Assembly (NCBI GenBank): GCA_965227405.1
Contig: OZ245758.1
Coordinates: 1,321,693 to 1,385,692 of the forward strand
Direction: 5' to 3'
DNA: 64,000 nt
From: Polyangiales bacterium
GTDB lineage: Bacteria > Myxococcota_A > Polyangia > Polyangiales > Houyiibacteriaceae
The position numbers and the translations under genes were made by a program. The notes under the pieces are model-generated. The model had not been told where the DNA came from. It searched no databases and saw only the letters and a list, made by a program, of their open reading frames with translations. Within the stretch, counting starts at the first letter, position 1; every line of letters starts with the position of its first letter. Of this stretch, positions 55,967 to 64,000 are shown in pieces.

Positions 55967-56646
55967 GGCAGGTCGAAGAAGGTCCGAACGTCCAGGTACG
56001 CCTGTGTGCGCTCACCGTCCGCAGTGCGCGCAACGAATGGGTCGGCGTCGCAGCGTTCACCTTCACGCCCAAGAGTCCAGACCGTGAAGAGCGCGTCTTT
56101 GCCTTCGCGCGGAATCGCGTCGCGCCGTCGCAAGATCACCAGACCTGCGCGCTCAGCGCTCACCTCGACGCGTTCTGGGCTACGCGCGTCGGCACAAACC
56201 ACAATGCGTCCGGTGTCACTAACCAACCCGGTTGCTGCATCCAAGTACGCCTCGATGCCGCCACGCAACTCGATGCGCGCAAAGCGACGTTGCGCATCGG
56301 GGCTCGGTGTACTGGTTCCGGGCGGCATGTAGGGAGGTGTTCCGGTCACCAGGTCGAACTTTCCCAAACGATCCGACCAGTCCGGATCGCGAAGATCTCC
56401 TCGATGCAGATCCACCCGCGCGTTCAACGCGTTACGAAGCACGTTGCGCTGAGCAAGTTCAAAGCTGACGTGCTGCGCCTCGATGCCCACCGAACGCGCG
56501 TTGGGGTGCTTGTACGCCACCATCAGCAACACCGACCCGATTCCGCACCCGAGGTCGATGTGCGTGGTGGGTGCGAACTGTGCCGCTTCCCACGCCGTCA
56601 GAACGTCATCGAGCGAGTAACGATGACCACCCACGCGCTGCCACAC
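55963..56646 (-). CDS. Small class I SAM-dependent methyltransferase with NPPY-type motif (TrmN6/YfiC-HemK-like)
   Basis: Motif I HIDLGCGIGSV and motif IV FDLVTGTPPYMPPG. 227 aa. ATGA overlap with the downstream DNA MTase gene. Confidence 0.75.
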   Translation of the reverse strand: MWQRVGGHRYSLDDVLTAWEAAQFAPTTHIDLGCGIGSVLLMVAYKHPNARSVGIEAQHVSFELAQRNVLRNALNARVDLHRGDLRDPDWSDRLGKFDLVTGTPPYMPPGTSTPSPDAQRRFARIELRGGIEAYLDAATGLVSDTGRIVVCADARSPERVEVSAERAGLVILRRRDAIPREGKDALFTVWTLGREGERCDADPFVARTADGERTQAYLDVRTFFDLP

Positions 56647-56714
56647 GCGGAAGCCACCCGTCAGGGCATCGTCGGAGAGGTTCTCTAGCGGCGGCGGATT
56701 GGTCGAGATGTGAA

Positions 56715-57299
56715 CTAGATCCCGGGACAGTTGATGATTCGAATCGAAGCCGGAACACCGGTCATTCGCGGGCGCGTGAGATCACGTCGCAGAATCGTCG
56801 GGTTCGCGGGAGCCGGAAGGTCTTCGCAGTACACAGTGGTAGTCATCTCGGGACCGTCTTCACCGTCGGGGTTGAAGGTGATCGGACCGATTTGGCAGGG
56901 CTGCGCTTCGCTGGGCGGGTTGGCGCCGCAGCGACCCAGTTCGACACCGCCGAAGCTGTTGCCATCGTCGATTACGGTCAACTGACATGCGTCGCCCACG
57001 ACGGCTCCGCCATTCACGCTCGTGACGATTCCGTTGACCGCCAGAAAGGGATCGAGGCCATTGCCGAGCGAGAAGTTCACGATGCGTTGGTCCCCCGACT
57101 CGGTGATGTCGCACGAGGCGCGAACGCCTTCGTCACCGCCGTCGAAACCGAACACGTCGACCTCCATGCCGGCGCCGGGACACATGCCGAGCCCGATCGG
57201 GCATCGAACCTGCCACTGACCGTCGCCAAACACATCTCCCATGCCGTCTCCGCACGAGATCATGGCGAGGCACGAAATCACAATCCAAGCGCTGCGCAT
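56715..57299 (-). CDS. Cys-rich secreted lipoprotein, hypothetical
   Basis: Signal MRSAWIVISCLAMISCG; 10 Cys in 194 aa; G/D-rich. AT-rich putative promoter region 57300-57470. Confidence 0.55.
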   Translation of the reverse strand: MRSAWIVISCLAMISCGDGMGDVFGDGQWQVRCPIGLGMCPGAGMEVDVFGFDGGDEGVRASCDITESGDQRIVNFSLGNGLDPFLAVNGIVTSVNGGAVVGDACQLTVIDDGNSFGGVELGRCGANPPSEAQPCQIGPITFNPDGEDGPEMTTTVYCEDLPAPANPTILRRDLTRPRMTGVPASIRIINCPGI

Positions 57300-57474
57300 G
57301 AGGGATCTTTAGCAATTTGCTGGGAAACAGGAAATTTTATTGTCCGGAGTTGGGCTCGATGCGGTTCGAGCTAGGTGCGGTCCGAATGTGCACTTTGGTG
57401 CGAAAAACGATGTGATTTCGAGAGCTCGGATCTTGGAGGTGTGGGAATTTATCTACGCGTCCCCGAAATTCACT

Positions 57475-58644
57475 TCAGGCTTGCGAAGCTTTCAACGCGG
57501 TTGAGAGATCACCTCGCAGGTCCTCGAGGTCCTCGAGTCCGACCGAGATCCGAATCAGCCCATCGTGGATTCCAAGCTCTTGGCGAACGTCCGCGGGGAC
57601 CGAACCGTGAGTCATGATCGCGGGGTGTTCGATCAGCGACTCCACTCCACCCAAACTCTCGGCGAGCGTAAACAAGTGCGTCGACTCGAGGAACTTCCGA
57701 GCCGCAGGAAGCCCACCGGCGATCACAAACGAGATCATGCCGCCGAAGGCTTTCATCTGCCGCTTGGCCAACTCGTGTTGGGAATGCGACGCGAGCCCCG
57801 GGTAGATCACCTTTTCCACGCCCTTTTGTTCGGTGAGCCAGCTCGCCAGGTTTGCCGCGGAACGAACGTGTCGCTCCATACGGACAGACAGCGTTTTGAT
57901 CCCGCGCAACACCAAGAAGCTATCGAAGGGTGAGAGAATCGCACCCGACGCGTTCTGAAGAAACTTCAGCTTCTCGGCCAACGAGTCGTTCGACGTGACC
58001 GCAACTCCACCGACCACGTCGCTATGACCGTTGAGGTACTTGGTCAGCGAGTGCACCACCAAGTCGGCGCCCAACTCCAAAGGTCGCTGCAAACACGGCG
58101 TTGCAAATGTGTTGTCGACCCCCACGAGAACACCTTCGTGTTTACGCGCAATCGCCACCACCGCCGCGATGTCGATGATCTTCAACATCGGGTTGGTTGG
58201 CGTTTCGATCCACACAAGTTTGGTCTTGTCGGTGAACGCTTCGGCAACGCGATCCAAATCCGTCATGTCGACCCAGGACGTCTCGATGCCCATCGGCTTG
58301 AACACCTTGTCGAGGATTCGGAACGTGCCGCCGTACACGTCGTCGCACGCCACGATGTGATCACCAGGCCGCAAGGTTTGAAAGAGCGTCGTCATCGCGG
58401 CACAGCCACTTCCAAACGCGACGCCATGCGTTGCGCCTTCGATACCTGCCACGCAGTTCTCCAGCGTTTGACGCGTGGGGTTTCCTGTGCGCGCGTATTC
58501 GAAACCTTTGTGCACACCGGGTGACTGCTGCGCGAACGTACTCGCGAGCACGATCGGCGGCATCACCGCACCAGACGTCGGGTCCGGCTCCTGTCCAGCG
58601 TGAATGGTGAGCGTGTCGAGCTTCCAGTCTTTCGGGGCATGCAT
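57475..58644 (-). CDS. PLP-dependent cystathionine gamma-synthase/gamma-lyase family enzyme (Cys/Met metabolism)
   Basis: PLP-lysine motif HSLTKYLNGHSDVVGG. N-terminal LDTLTIHAGQEPDPTSGAVMPPI; C-terminal IRISVGLEDLEDL. Confidence 0.9.
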   Translation of the reverse strand: MHAPKDWKLDTLTIHAGQEPDPTSGAVMPPIVLASTFAQQSPGVHKGFEYARTGNPTRQTLENCVAGIEGATHGVAFGSGCAAMTTLFQTLRPGDHIVACDDVYGGTFRILDKVFKPMGIETSWVDMTDLDRVAEAFTDKTKLVWIETPTNPMLKIIDIAAVVAIARKHEGVLVGVDNTFATPCLQRPLELGADLVVHSLTKYLNGHSDVVGGVAVTSNDSLAEKLKFLQNASGAILSPFDSFLVLRGIKTLSVRMERHVRSAANLASWLTEQKGVEKVIYPGLASHSQHELAKRQMKAFGGMISFVIAGGLPAARKFLESTHLFTLAESLGGVESLIEHPAIMTHGSVPADVRQELGIHDGLIRISVGLEDLEDLRGDLSTALKASQA

Positions 58645-58673
58645 GCCGGAGGGCTTACCACTTTTTTGACGGT

Positions 58674-59711
58674 TTGATCGCTCTCCCAGAGGGTCGAAGC
58701 ATGCCGTCAGGAGAACGCGCCGAGCTTGAAGGGGAGGTCCTCGAGGGCCGCTATAAGCTCGGCTCTCGAATTGGGGTGGGGGGAACCGGCGTCGTGTTCG
58801 AAGCGACCCGGATCAAAGATGACTACCCCGTCGTCGTCAAAACGCTGCGCCCGTCGTTTGCGTACAACACAGATCTAAACCGTCGTCTGCTTCGCGAACG
58901 CGAAGTGTCTCGACGCGTTGCACACCCGGGCATCGTTCCGGTGATCGATGAAGGACGGATCAATGATGGTTCATCGTTCTTGGTCATGGAGCGTATCCAC
59001 GGTGAACCACTCAACGCGTTGCTACGACGCGTGGGTCCACTGGGCGTGAACGAAACGCTTGCCATCACGCGTCGAGTCTGCGACGTCCTACATCGCGCCC
59101 ACGCGAACGGGTATGTGCATCGTGACGTAAAGCCCGAGCACATCGTTCTCGATCGGTCGCAGGGTGGTGAACTCAAGGTATGGCTCTTGGACTTCGGCGT
59201 ATGCGCTTCGGCAACCGCGCCCGCAGACGAGCGGGAACGCGAGCGTGGACGCGTGTTCGGAACGCCGAGCTACGTCAGTCCCGAACAAGCCAGCGGCAAC
59301 CCGGATGTGGATGCGCGCGCGGACGTGTTCGGCTTGGGCGTCGTGGTCTTCGAGTGCCTTTCAGGGCGACTGCCCTTCACGGGAACCACAGTGACCAACT
59401 TGCTGCGTCGGATCATTCGCGAGGATGCACCGCGCGTGGGTTTGATCGCTCCGCATGTGGGACGCCAGCTCGACGGAATCGTCGGTCGAATGCTGTCTCG
59501 CGACCGGGATCGTCGCTTCGCATCGATGCGTGGTTTGTCCCGAACGCTGGCGCCTTTTGTGCCGGCTCAGCGCTCCACCGAGCGCCATCTCGCCAACAAC
59601 GTCCGCGCCGGCGCGTTTCCGCCGGACGCCTACACGACCGTGCAACAGGATGCGCCGTACCTCGCCAAGGCGAAGGGTGCGCGCGTGCTCGCTGCTGCGC
59701 TGGGGCTCTGA
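58674..59711 (+). CDS. Ser/Thr protein kinase (soluble)
   Basis: GVGGTGVVFEA, VVVKTL, HRDVKPEHIVL, DFGVCA, SPEQ. Confidence 0.85.
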   Translation: MIALPEGRSMPSGERAELEGEVLEGRYKLGSRIGVGGTGVVFEATRIKDDYPVVVKTLRPSFAYNTDLNRRLLREREVSRRVAHPGIVPVIDEGRINDGSSFLVMERIHGEPLNALLRRVGPLGVNETLAITRRVCDVLHRAHANGYVHRDVKPEHIVLDRSQGGELKVWLLDFGVCASATAPADERERERGRVFGTPSYVSPEQASGNPDVDARADVFGLGVVVFECLSGRLPFTGTTVTNLLRRIIREDAPRVGLIAPHVGRQLDGIVGRMLSRDRDRRFASMRGLSRTLAPFVPAQRSTERHLANNVRAGAFPPDAYTTVQQDAPYLAKAKGARVLAAALGL

Positions 59712-59725
59712 GCCTCAGGAGATCA

Positions 59726-59886
59726 CGATGATGACCCCGACCAAAGACCCGAAGAACGTACTTGCTTGGCGCATGCGCCGCGTGAAGGCCGCCAACGGCG
59801 TGACCGTTCCCAAGAAAGAGAAGCTGCGCGTGATGCAAGCTCTCCGGAACGCGTCGGCGATTCGTCAGGGTAAGAAGAACGACTAA
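59726..59886 (+). CDS. Small basic protein (53 aa), hypothetical
   Basis: SD caggag 8 nt before ATGATG. MMTPTKDPKNVLAWRMRRVKAANGVTVPKKEKLRVMQALRNASAIRQGKKND; Lys-rich composition is unusual for this GC. Confidence 0.35.
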
Positions 59887-61016
59887 GGACACGCAGCGAC
59901 CCACCCCACTGTGATTTGGGTCAGGTCGTTGCCCTCCATAAACGCCGACGCGTCCAACGCTGTCCACGTGTCGTCTCCGGAGTCGGCGCGATAGAACTCA
60001 TCGCCGTTTCGGTTGAAACCGATCAACGCACCGCTGGGCATCGCCACGCTGCGCCGGATCACACCACGCTCAAGTCCGCTCGGAACCATCTCCCAGGTGC
60101 GTCCGTCGGAACTGCGGTACACATCCGTTCGGTTGAACGCTTGAAACTCGGTGCCGGTCCACACCACGCTTCCCGAGATTCCAGATCCGACGTTGTGGTT
60201 GGTGACGGTCGCTCCGTCGTCGGAACGACACACAACACCACCGGATCCAACCACCACAAAGGTGTCGCCGTTCGACGCCACACCACCGCTGCGCCCGAGT
60301 CCGTCGGTGCAGGATCCATCGGCAAGATCGGCCTGAACCCAGGTTTCTCCGTCTGAGCTCAGCTCGAAGCGTCCCTTGTCTCCAAGCACGACGAAGCGAC
60401 CGTCCGCGACGTCGACAAAATCCACGCGTCGAACATTTGCTCCGCGTCCGACCTCGGAAAGCTGACTCCAACTCAGTCCATCTTCGGAGGCGTGCACCCG
60501 ACGCCCGGCCACAGCAATGAAGCGGCCGTTGCCGTACGCGACATCCGAGAAGCCCGTGGTCTCCTCGTGGACTTGCTCCCAGTTCACCGCGTCGTCGCTC
60601 GCGCGAAGGTGTCCGGGTGCACCCCATCCCAGCGCTGCGACAAAGCGTCCGGCACCCCACGCCAATCCTTTGGACGAAAGTGGGCTGTGGTCATCGTCGC
60701 TCACCTCATCAAACCGATCGGCGACCCACGTCCGACCGTCATCGCAGCTCACAAGAGTGCGCGCGCCTTGCCCGAGCGCGACCGCCACCGCGACTCCCGG
60801 AACCTCGGCATCCGTTCCGACATCCGGAGTTTCTGTCGCGTCGAGTGAACTCGAATCGATCGTCGGCACGTCATCGAACGCCCCGTCCATCGACGCATCC
60901 ATCGGAGGAGCATCGATCCCCGCGTCGTCGCCCATCATGGCGTCGTCGTCGCCGCAGGCCACGAGCGTCAATGCACTCAAAAGCGTCGACGCAGCCAGCG
61001 GCGCGAGAAGCTTCAT
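59883..61016 (-). CDS. BNR/Asp-box repeat (sialidase-like beta-propeller) lipoprotein
   Basis: Lipobox LSALTLVACGDD. Seven or more Asp-box-like units (SCDDGRTW, SEDGLSWS, SSDGETWV, RSDDGATV, SSDGRTWE, DSGDDTWT, ASDDAVNW). ATGA overlap with the DUF1552 gene. Confidence 0.7.
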   Translation of the reverse strand: MKLLAPLAASTLLSALTLVACGDDDAMMGDDAGIDAPPMDASMDGAFDDVPTIDSSSLDATETPDVGTDAEVPGVAVAVALGQGARTLVSCDDGRTWVADRFDEVSDDDHSPLSSKGLAWGAGRFVAALGWGAPGHLRASDDAVNWEQVHEETTGFSDVAYGNGRFIAVAGRRVHASEDGLSWSQLSEVGRGANVRRVDFVDVADGRFVVLGDKGRFELSSDGETWVQADLADGSCTDGLGRSGGVASNGDTFVVVGSGGVVCRSDDGATVTNHNVGSGISGSVVWTGTEFQAFNRTDVYRSSDGRTWEMVPSGLERGVIRRSVAMPSGALIGFNRNGDEFYRADSGDDTWTALDASAFMEGNDLTQITVGWVAACP

Positions 61017-62371
61017 CAGAAGAGCTCGTCGAGCGTTCGATCCAAGGGGATCGTTCCGCCGTCCACATCGGTCACTGACGCCTTGCCGATCTGCGTCGCG
61101 TCCGAACCCGTCGCTTGAGCCACCGTCAGCAAGAGCTCGTTGTGCCCACGCCCGACCAGTCCGTGCCGCGCTTCAAGCGGGTTTTGCCGGTTCATCGGGT
61201 AGTTCACGTAGCGTCCTTTGCGCAGCGGTCCGCCAGCCACAACCGCCATCATGTCCCACAACGTGTGGTCGCCGGTCGCCAGCTCGGTGAGCCAGACCAC
61301 CGTGGTGTGATCGAGCAAGGTTCCATCGCCCTCGGGTACCGAATCGAGTTGATCCAGGAAGAACGCAAAGTCGGCCGCATGCGCCGCGTAGTAGTCGCCC
61401 ATGCCTTCACGCTTCGACACATCGCCACCGTGATGTGCGAAGTCCTGGTGCACGTCTGCGCCCGGATGACCAAAGTCGGAACCCGGTAGCTGCCCTTCGC
61501 TGATGGTCACCACGCGCGTGAGGTCACAGGACATGGCCAAGGTCGCGAGCTGCATCAAGTCACGTACGCGATCCCCGCTACTCGGTTCAGTCGCTTCACC
61601 GCAGCTGATCGAACCGAGCTCCGTGATCCGCGCTTCGATGTCTCGGATCATCGTGGCATGACGCTCCAGTTTGTCGCGGTCGTCGCGGCTCAACCGTGGC
61701 GCGATCGAACTGAACTCGGCCGCTGCAAAGTCGAGTACCGAACCGCGATGGCCGCGAATCAGCGACTCTTGCGTCGGCTCGGGCGGCTCCATCCCGCCTG
61801 CGGGAAACAAGCGGTCAAACGCTTGCGACACGCTCCGCTCGGGCTCGATGCGCTCACCCGGGGCGGACCAGCTCGGCGAAACCTGCGCGCCACGCGTGCT
61901 GTACTCGAGTGAACGAAAGCGACCGGGAACCGCAATCGAATCGGCGACGATCTGATCCAACGAACGACCTGCCGAGCTCTGTGCACCAAAGCGACCGGCA
62001 CCCGAAAAGATGCTTCCAGCCGCCGCACCGTGACGCTCGCGACCGTGAAGGCGCTCGTCTTCCATGTGCGAGAGCTCGCTCAGACCCTGCACAACCAAGA
62101 GTTGATCGCGATGGTCGTAGAGCGGCGCCAGTGCACGACTAAACTGATCGCGGTTGAGCGCGGTCAGGTCGTACTCGAACATGCTCATCGGGTCGCGCCC
62201 CATCGGCATCTGCCACTGCTCACCAGGAGCACCGTGCGCGGTGTAGTAGAGAACCAGACGCGACGGGCTGGCCGTGGGCTGGGCGTTCACGCTCGAGCCA
62301 CGAAGCGAGGGCAACATCGTCCCAAGCCCGGTGAGTCCAAGCGCCTGAAGCAATCGCCGCCGACCAATCAT
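61016..62371 (-). CDS. DUF1552 family protein with Tat signal (Planctomycete-type two-gene pair, partner B)
   Basis: Start MIGRRRLLQALGLTGLGT (twin-arginine). Body matches the DUF1552 family. ATGA overlap with the upstream DUF1592 gene. Confidence 0.75.
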   Translation of the reverse strand: MIGRRRLLQALGLTGLGTMLPSLRGSSVNAQPTASPSRLVLYYTAHGAPGEQWQMPMGRDPMSMFEYDLTALNRDQFSRALAPLYDHRDQLLVVQGLSELSHMEDERLHGRERHGAAAGSIFSGAGRFGAQSSAGRSLDQIVADSIAVPGRFRSLEYSTRGAQVSPSWSAPGERIEPERSVSQAFDRLFPAGGMEPPEPTQESLIRGHRGSVLDFAAAEFSSIAPRLSRDDRDKLERHATMIRDIEARITELGSISCGEATEPSSGDRVRDLMQLATLAMSCDLTRVVTISEGQLPGSDFGHPGADVHQDFAHHGGDVSKREGMGDYYAAHAADFAFFLDQLDSVPEGDGTLLDHTTVVWLTELATGDHTLWDMMAVVAGGPLRKGRYVNYPMNRQNPLEARHGLVGRGHNELLLTVAQATGSDATQIGKASVTDVDGGTIPLDRTLDELF

Positions 62372-64000
62372 CGTCCTTCTCCTTCTGCAAGCGCACTCTC
62401 TGCCAGCAACACAAACTCGGGCGCCGTCACCAACGACACCATCATCTCGCGCACATCTCCGTTGGCTTCGCGCACCTGCTGATGCAGCGCACACAAGCGA
62501 CAGTTGTCTTCGGGCGTTGCGACACGACCCTCCGCAAACTCGAACCAGTGCATGGTCATGCACTCGCGAACTTGGTCACTCTCGGCAAGACGGTTCGAAA
62601 GCTCCACCGCATCATCGACCGGACCGTCGACATCGGTGCCCGAGATCCACCCGGTGCTGTCGACCGGAAGTCCGCGTTCCTCGGTGCGAAACGCACCCGT
62701 TGCGTCGTACGCCTCAAACGCAAACCCAAATCCGTCGATCGCTTCGTGGCAGCTCTGGCACTGTGCCGGCGCAGTGCGGTCTTCGAAAAGTTCGCGGTTG
62801 GTCGCGTTTTCTCCATCGCGCAACTCCACGGGTGACGTGTCCGCATCGTCGGGCGGTGGAAGCAACGTTGCGCACGCCACCCGCTCGAGCAGGTACGCAC
62901 CGCGCAAAGGAGGCGAGCCGTTTTCCGGCTTCGCGCGTGTCGCGAGAAAGTTTGCGCGCGTCAGTAGACCCGCTCGCTCATTGGGGTCGAGCTCGACTTG
63001 GTTCCACCCCGAGCCGCCGCTCGCCACACCGTACAGACTCGCCAGTTCGTCGTTCACGAACGAGACGTTACTGCTCAGAAGGGCGTTGAAGTTGCCCTCG
63101 CCTTCGAATACCACGTGCTCGACAAACCGGTCGGACTCCTCGCGAATCGCACCGCGCAGTGCCTCGCTCCAGGCCGGGAACAAGTCGCTGTCCTTGTTCT
63201 GCTCAAGCACCTCGTCCAACTCGAACCACTGGCGATGAAAGTTCACGACCAGTTCTCGCGCACGCGGATCGGCCAGCATGCGACGCGCCTGGATCTCGCG
63301 CTCCTCGGGCGTACGCAGAGCGTCGGCCTCGGCCGCAGCGAACAGCTCTTCATCGGGCATCGAACCCCAAAGGAAGTACGAAAGCCGAGTTGCGATCTCG
63401 TAGCTTCCCAGCGCGACCGTGCCTTCCGGGGCCTCAAGTGCGCGGTCGCCCAACTCGATGCGATACAGAAACTGCGGCGACTGCAAGAGCGCTTGAACCA
63501 GCAACTGGAACGCCCCCTCGAGCTCCACGTCGGCGCGAACCGCATCGAAGAGACCCATGTAACGGGCAGCTTCGTCGTCGCTCATCGGACGGCGAAAGAT
63601 GTCGCGCCCCAAGCTCCGAAGCGATTGCTCGATACACGCGCGTTCATTGCTGCTGGGATCACAATCGAGGTGAGCGTTCATGTCCGCGGCCACCTCCGTC
63701 GCCAACTCGATCGCGATGAACTCGTACTGCTCGACGCGAAGCGGGTCAGGCCCAAGCAGCGACGAGTCGTTTTCGAACCCGTGACGTGTGCTGTCTTCGA
63801 GCATCGTCAGGGTTCGGGGCGCCAACATCGGCAGAACGTCGCGCACGGTCTTGTCGAACTCCGAGTTGCTCAGCCGGCGCAGCCGTTGGGTACCGAGCGC
63901 GATGGGTGCGTCCGTGCAGATGTCGCAGGCAAGCGTAACGGGTCCCTCCGGACCCGGACCGTCGGGTCCATCCGGAGAATCGTGCTCTCCCGCAGGATGA
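62368..64000 (-). CDS. DUF1592/DUF1588 (PSD1-like) family protein, 5' end beyond window
   Basis: The reading frame is open to the window edge. CxxC-containing CQSCHEAIDGFGFAFEAYDATG and RLSYFLWGSMPDEELF, typical of the DUF1592/DUF1588/DUF1595 proteins paired with DUF1552. Confidence 0.75.
   Translation of the reverse strand, partial: HPAGEHDSPDGPDGPGPEGPVTLACDICTDAPIALGTQRLRRLSNSEFDKTVRDVLPMLAPRTLTMLEDSTRHGFENDSSLLGPDPLRVEQYEFIAIELATEVAADMNAHLDCDPSSNERACIEQSLRSLGRDIFRRPMSDDEAARYMGLFDAVRADVELEGAFQLLVQALLQSPQFLYRIELGDRALEAPEGTVALGSYEIATRLSYFLWGSMPDEELFAAAEADALRTPEEREIQARRMLADPRARELVVNFHRQWFELDEVLEQNKDSDLFPAWSEALRGAIREESDRFVEHVVFEGEGNFNALLSSNVSFVNDELASLYGVASGGSGWNQVELDPNERAGLLTRANFLATRAKPENGSPPLRGAYLLERVACATLLPPPDDADTSPVELRDGENATNRELFEDRTAPAQCQSCHEAIDGFGFAFEAYDATGAFRTEERGLPVDSTGWISGTDVDGPVDDAVELSNRLAESDQVRECMTMHWFEFAEGRVATPEDNCRLCALHQQVREANGDVREMMVSLVTAPEFVLLAESALAEGEGR

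Noticed and set aside
56571-57374. 267-aa plus-strand ORF over the Cys-rich lipoprotein gene
   Set aside because: Antisense. The minus-strand product has a clear lipoprotein signal peptide and a more plausible composition.
1-64000. Search for CRISPR arrays, tRNA/rRNA genes
   Set aside because: I found no regularly spaced direct repeats of 25-40 bp. I found no cloverleaf-compatible GTTCGA(A/T)TCC T-loop contexts or rRNA-like segments. The only repeats are the local elements reported above.

Overview
The window is a 64 kb, very GC-rich (about 65-70%) chromosomal segment with a Myxococcota-like (delta-proteobacterial) gene repertoire. It holds many Ser/Thr kinases, lipoproteins, TPR proteins and a class III cyclase. 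Coding density is high: I support about 47 protein-coding genes. I found no rRNA, tRNA or CRISPR array. Most of the six-frame ORFs are GC-driven antisense artefacts, so I rejected them. The cytochrome bd subunit I gene (cydA) at the left edge is not in the ORF track because it runs off the window; I found it by reading the minus strand. A bacterial alpha-2-macroglobulin and a penicillin-binding protein 1C form an overlapping pair at 11.3-19.5 kb; the macroglobulin has lost its thioester motif. The most unusual locus is at 44.3-54.6 kb. It has two tandem paralogous giant lipoproteins (1470 and 1353 aa) with a FecR-like, VIT, von Willebrand A (VWA) and TPR-like architecture. The second paralog carries a TonB-C/AgmX-like domain where the first has an acidic disordered insert. 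A membrane Ser/Thr kinase with a DPNAx-repeat tail follows, and then a 130-bp inverted-repeat element built around a 16-bp perfect palindrome. A candidate envelope glycosylation module sits at 24.3-31.8 kb: a beta-helix lipoprotein, two GT-C-type membrane proteins (ArnT-like and YfhO-like) and an ABC exporter. A lower-GC islet at 22.6-24.3 kb carries an IS200-like HUH transposase homologue and a macro-domain gene. An operon at 54.8-56.6 kb pairs a circularly permuted DNA amino-methyltransferase with a small NPPY methyltransferase and has no restriction partner. A Planctomycete-type DUF1592-DUF1552 pair at 59.9-64.0 kb is co-transcribed with an Asp-box lipoprotein. I could read several candidate operators directly: paired TGCAACC-N4-GGTTGCA sites at the ArsR operon, an inverted repeat upstream of MerR, and an AT-rich palindromic region between two divergent TetR genes.
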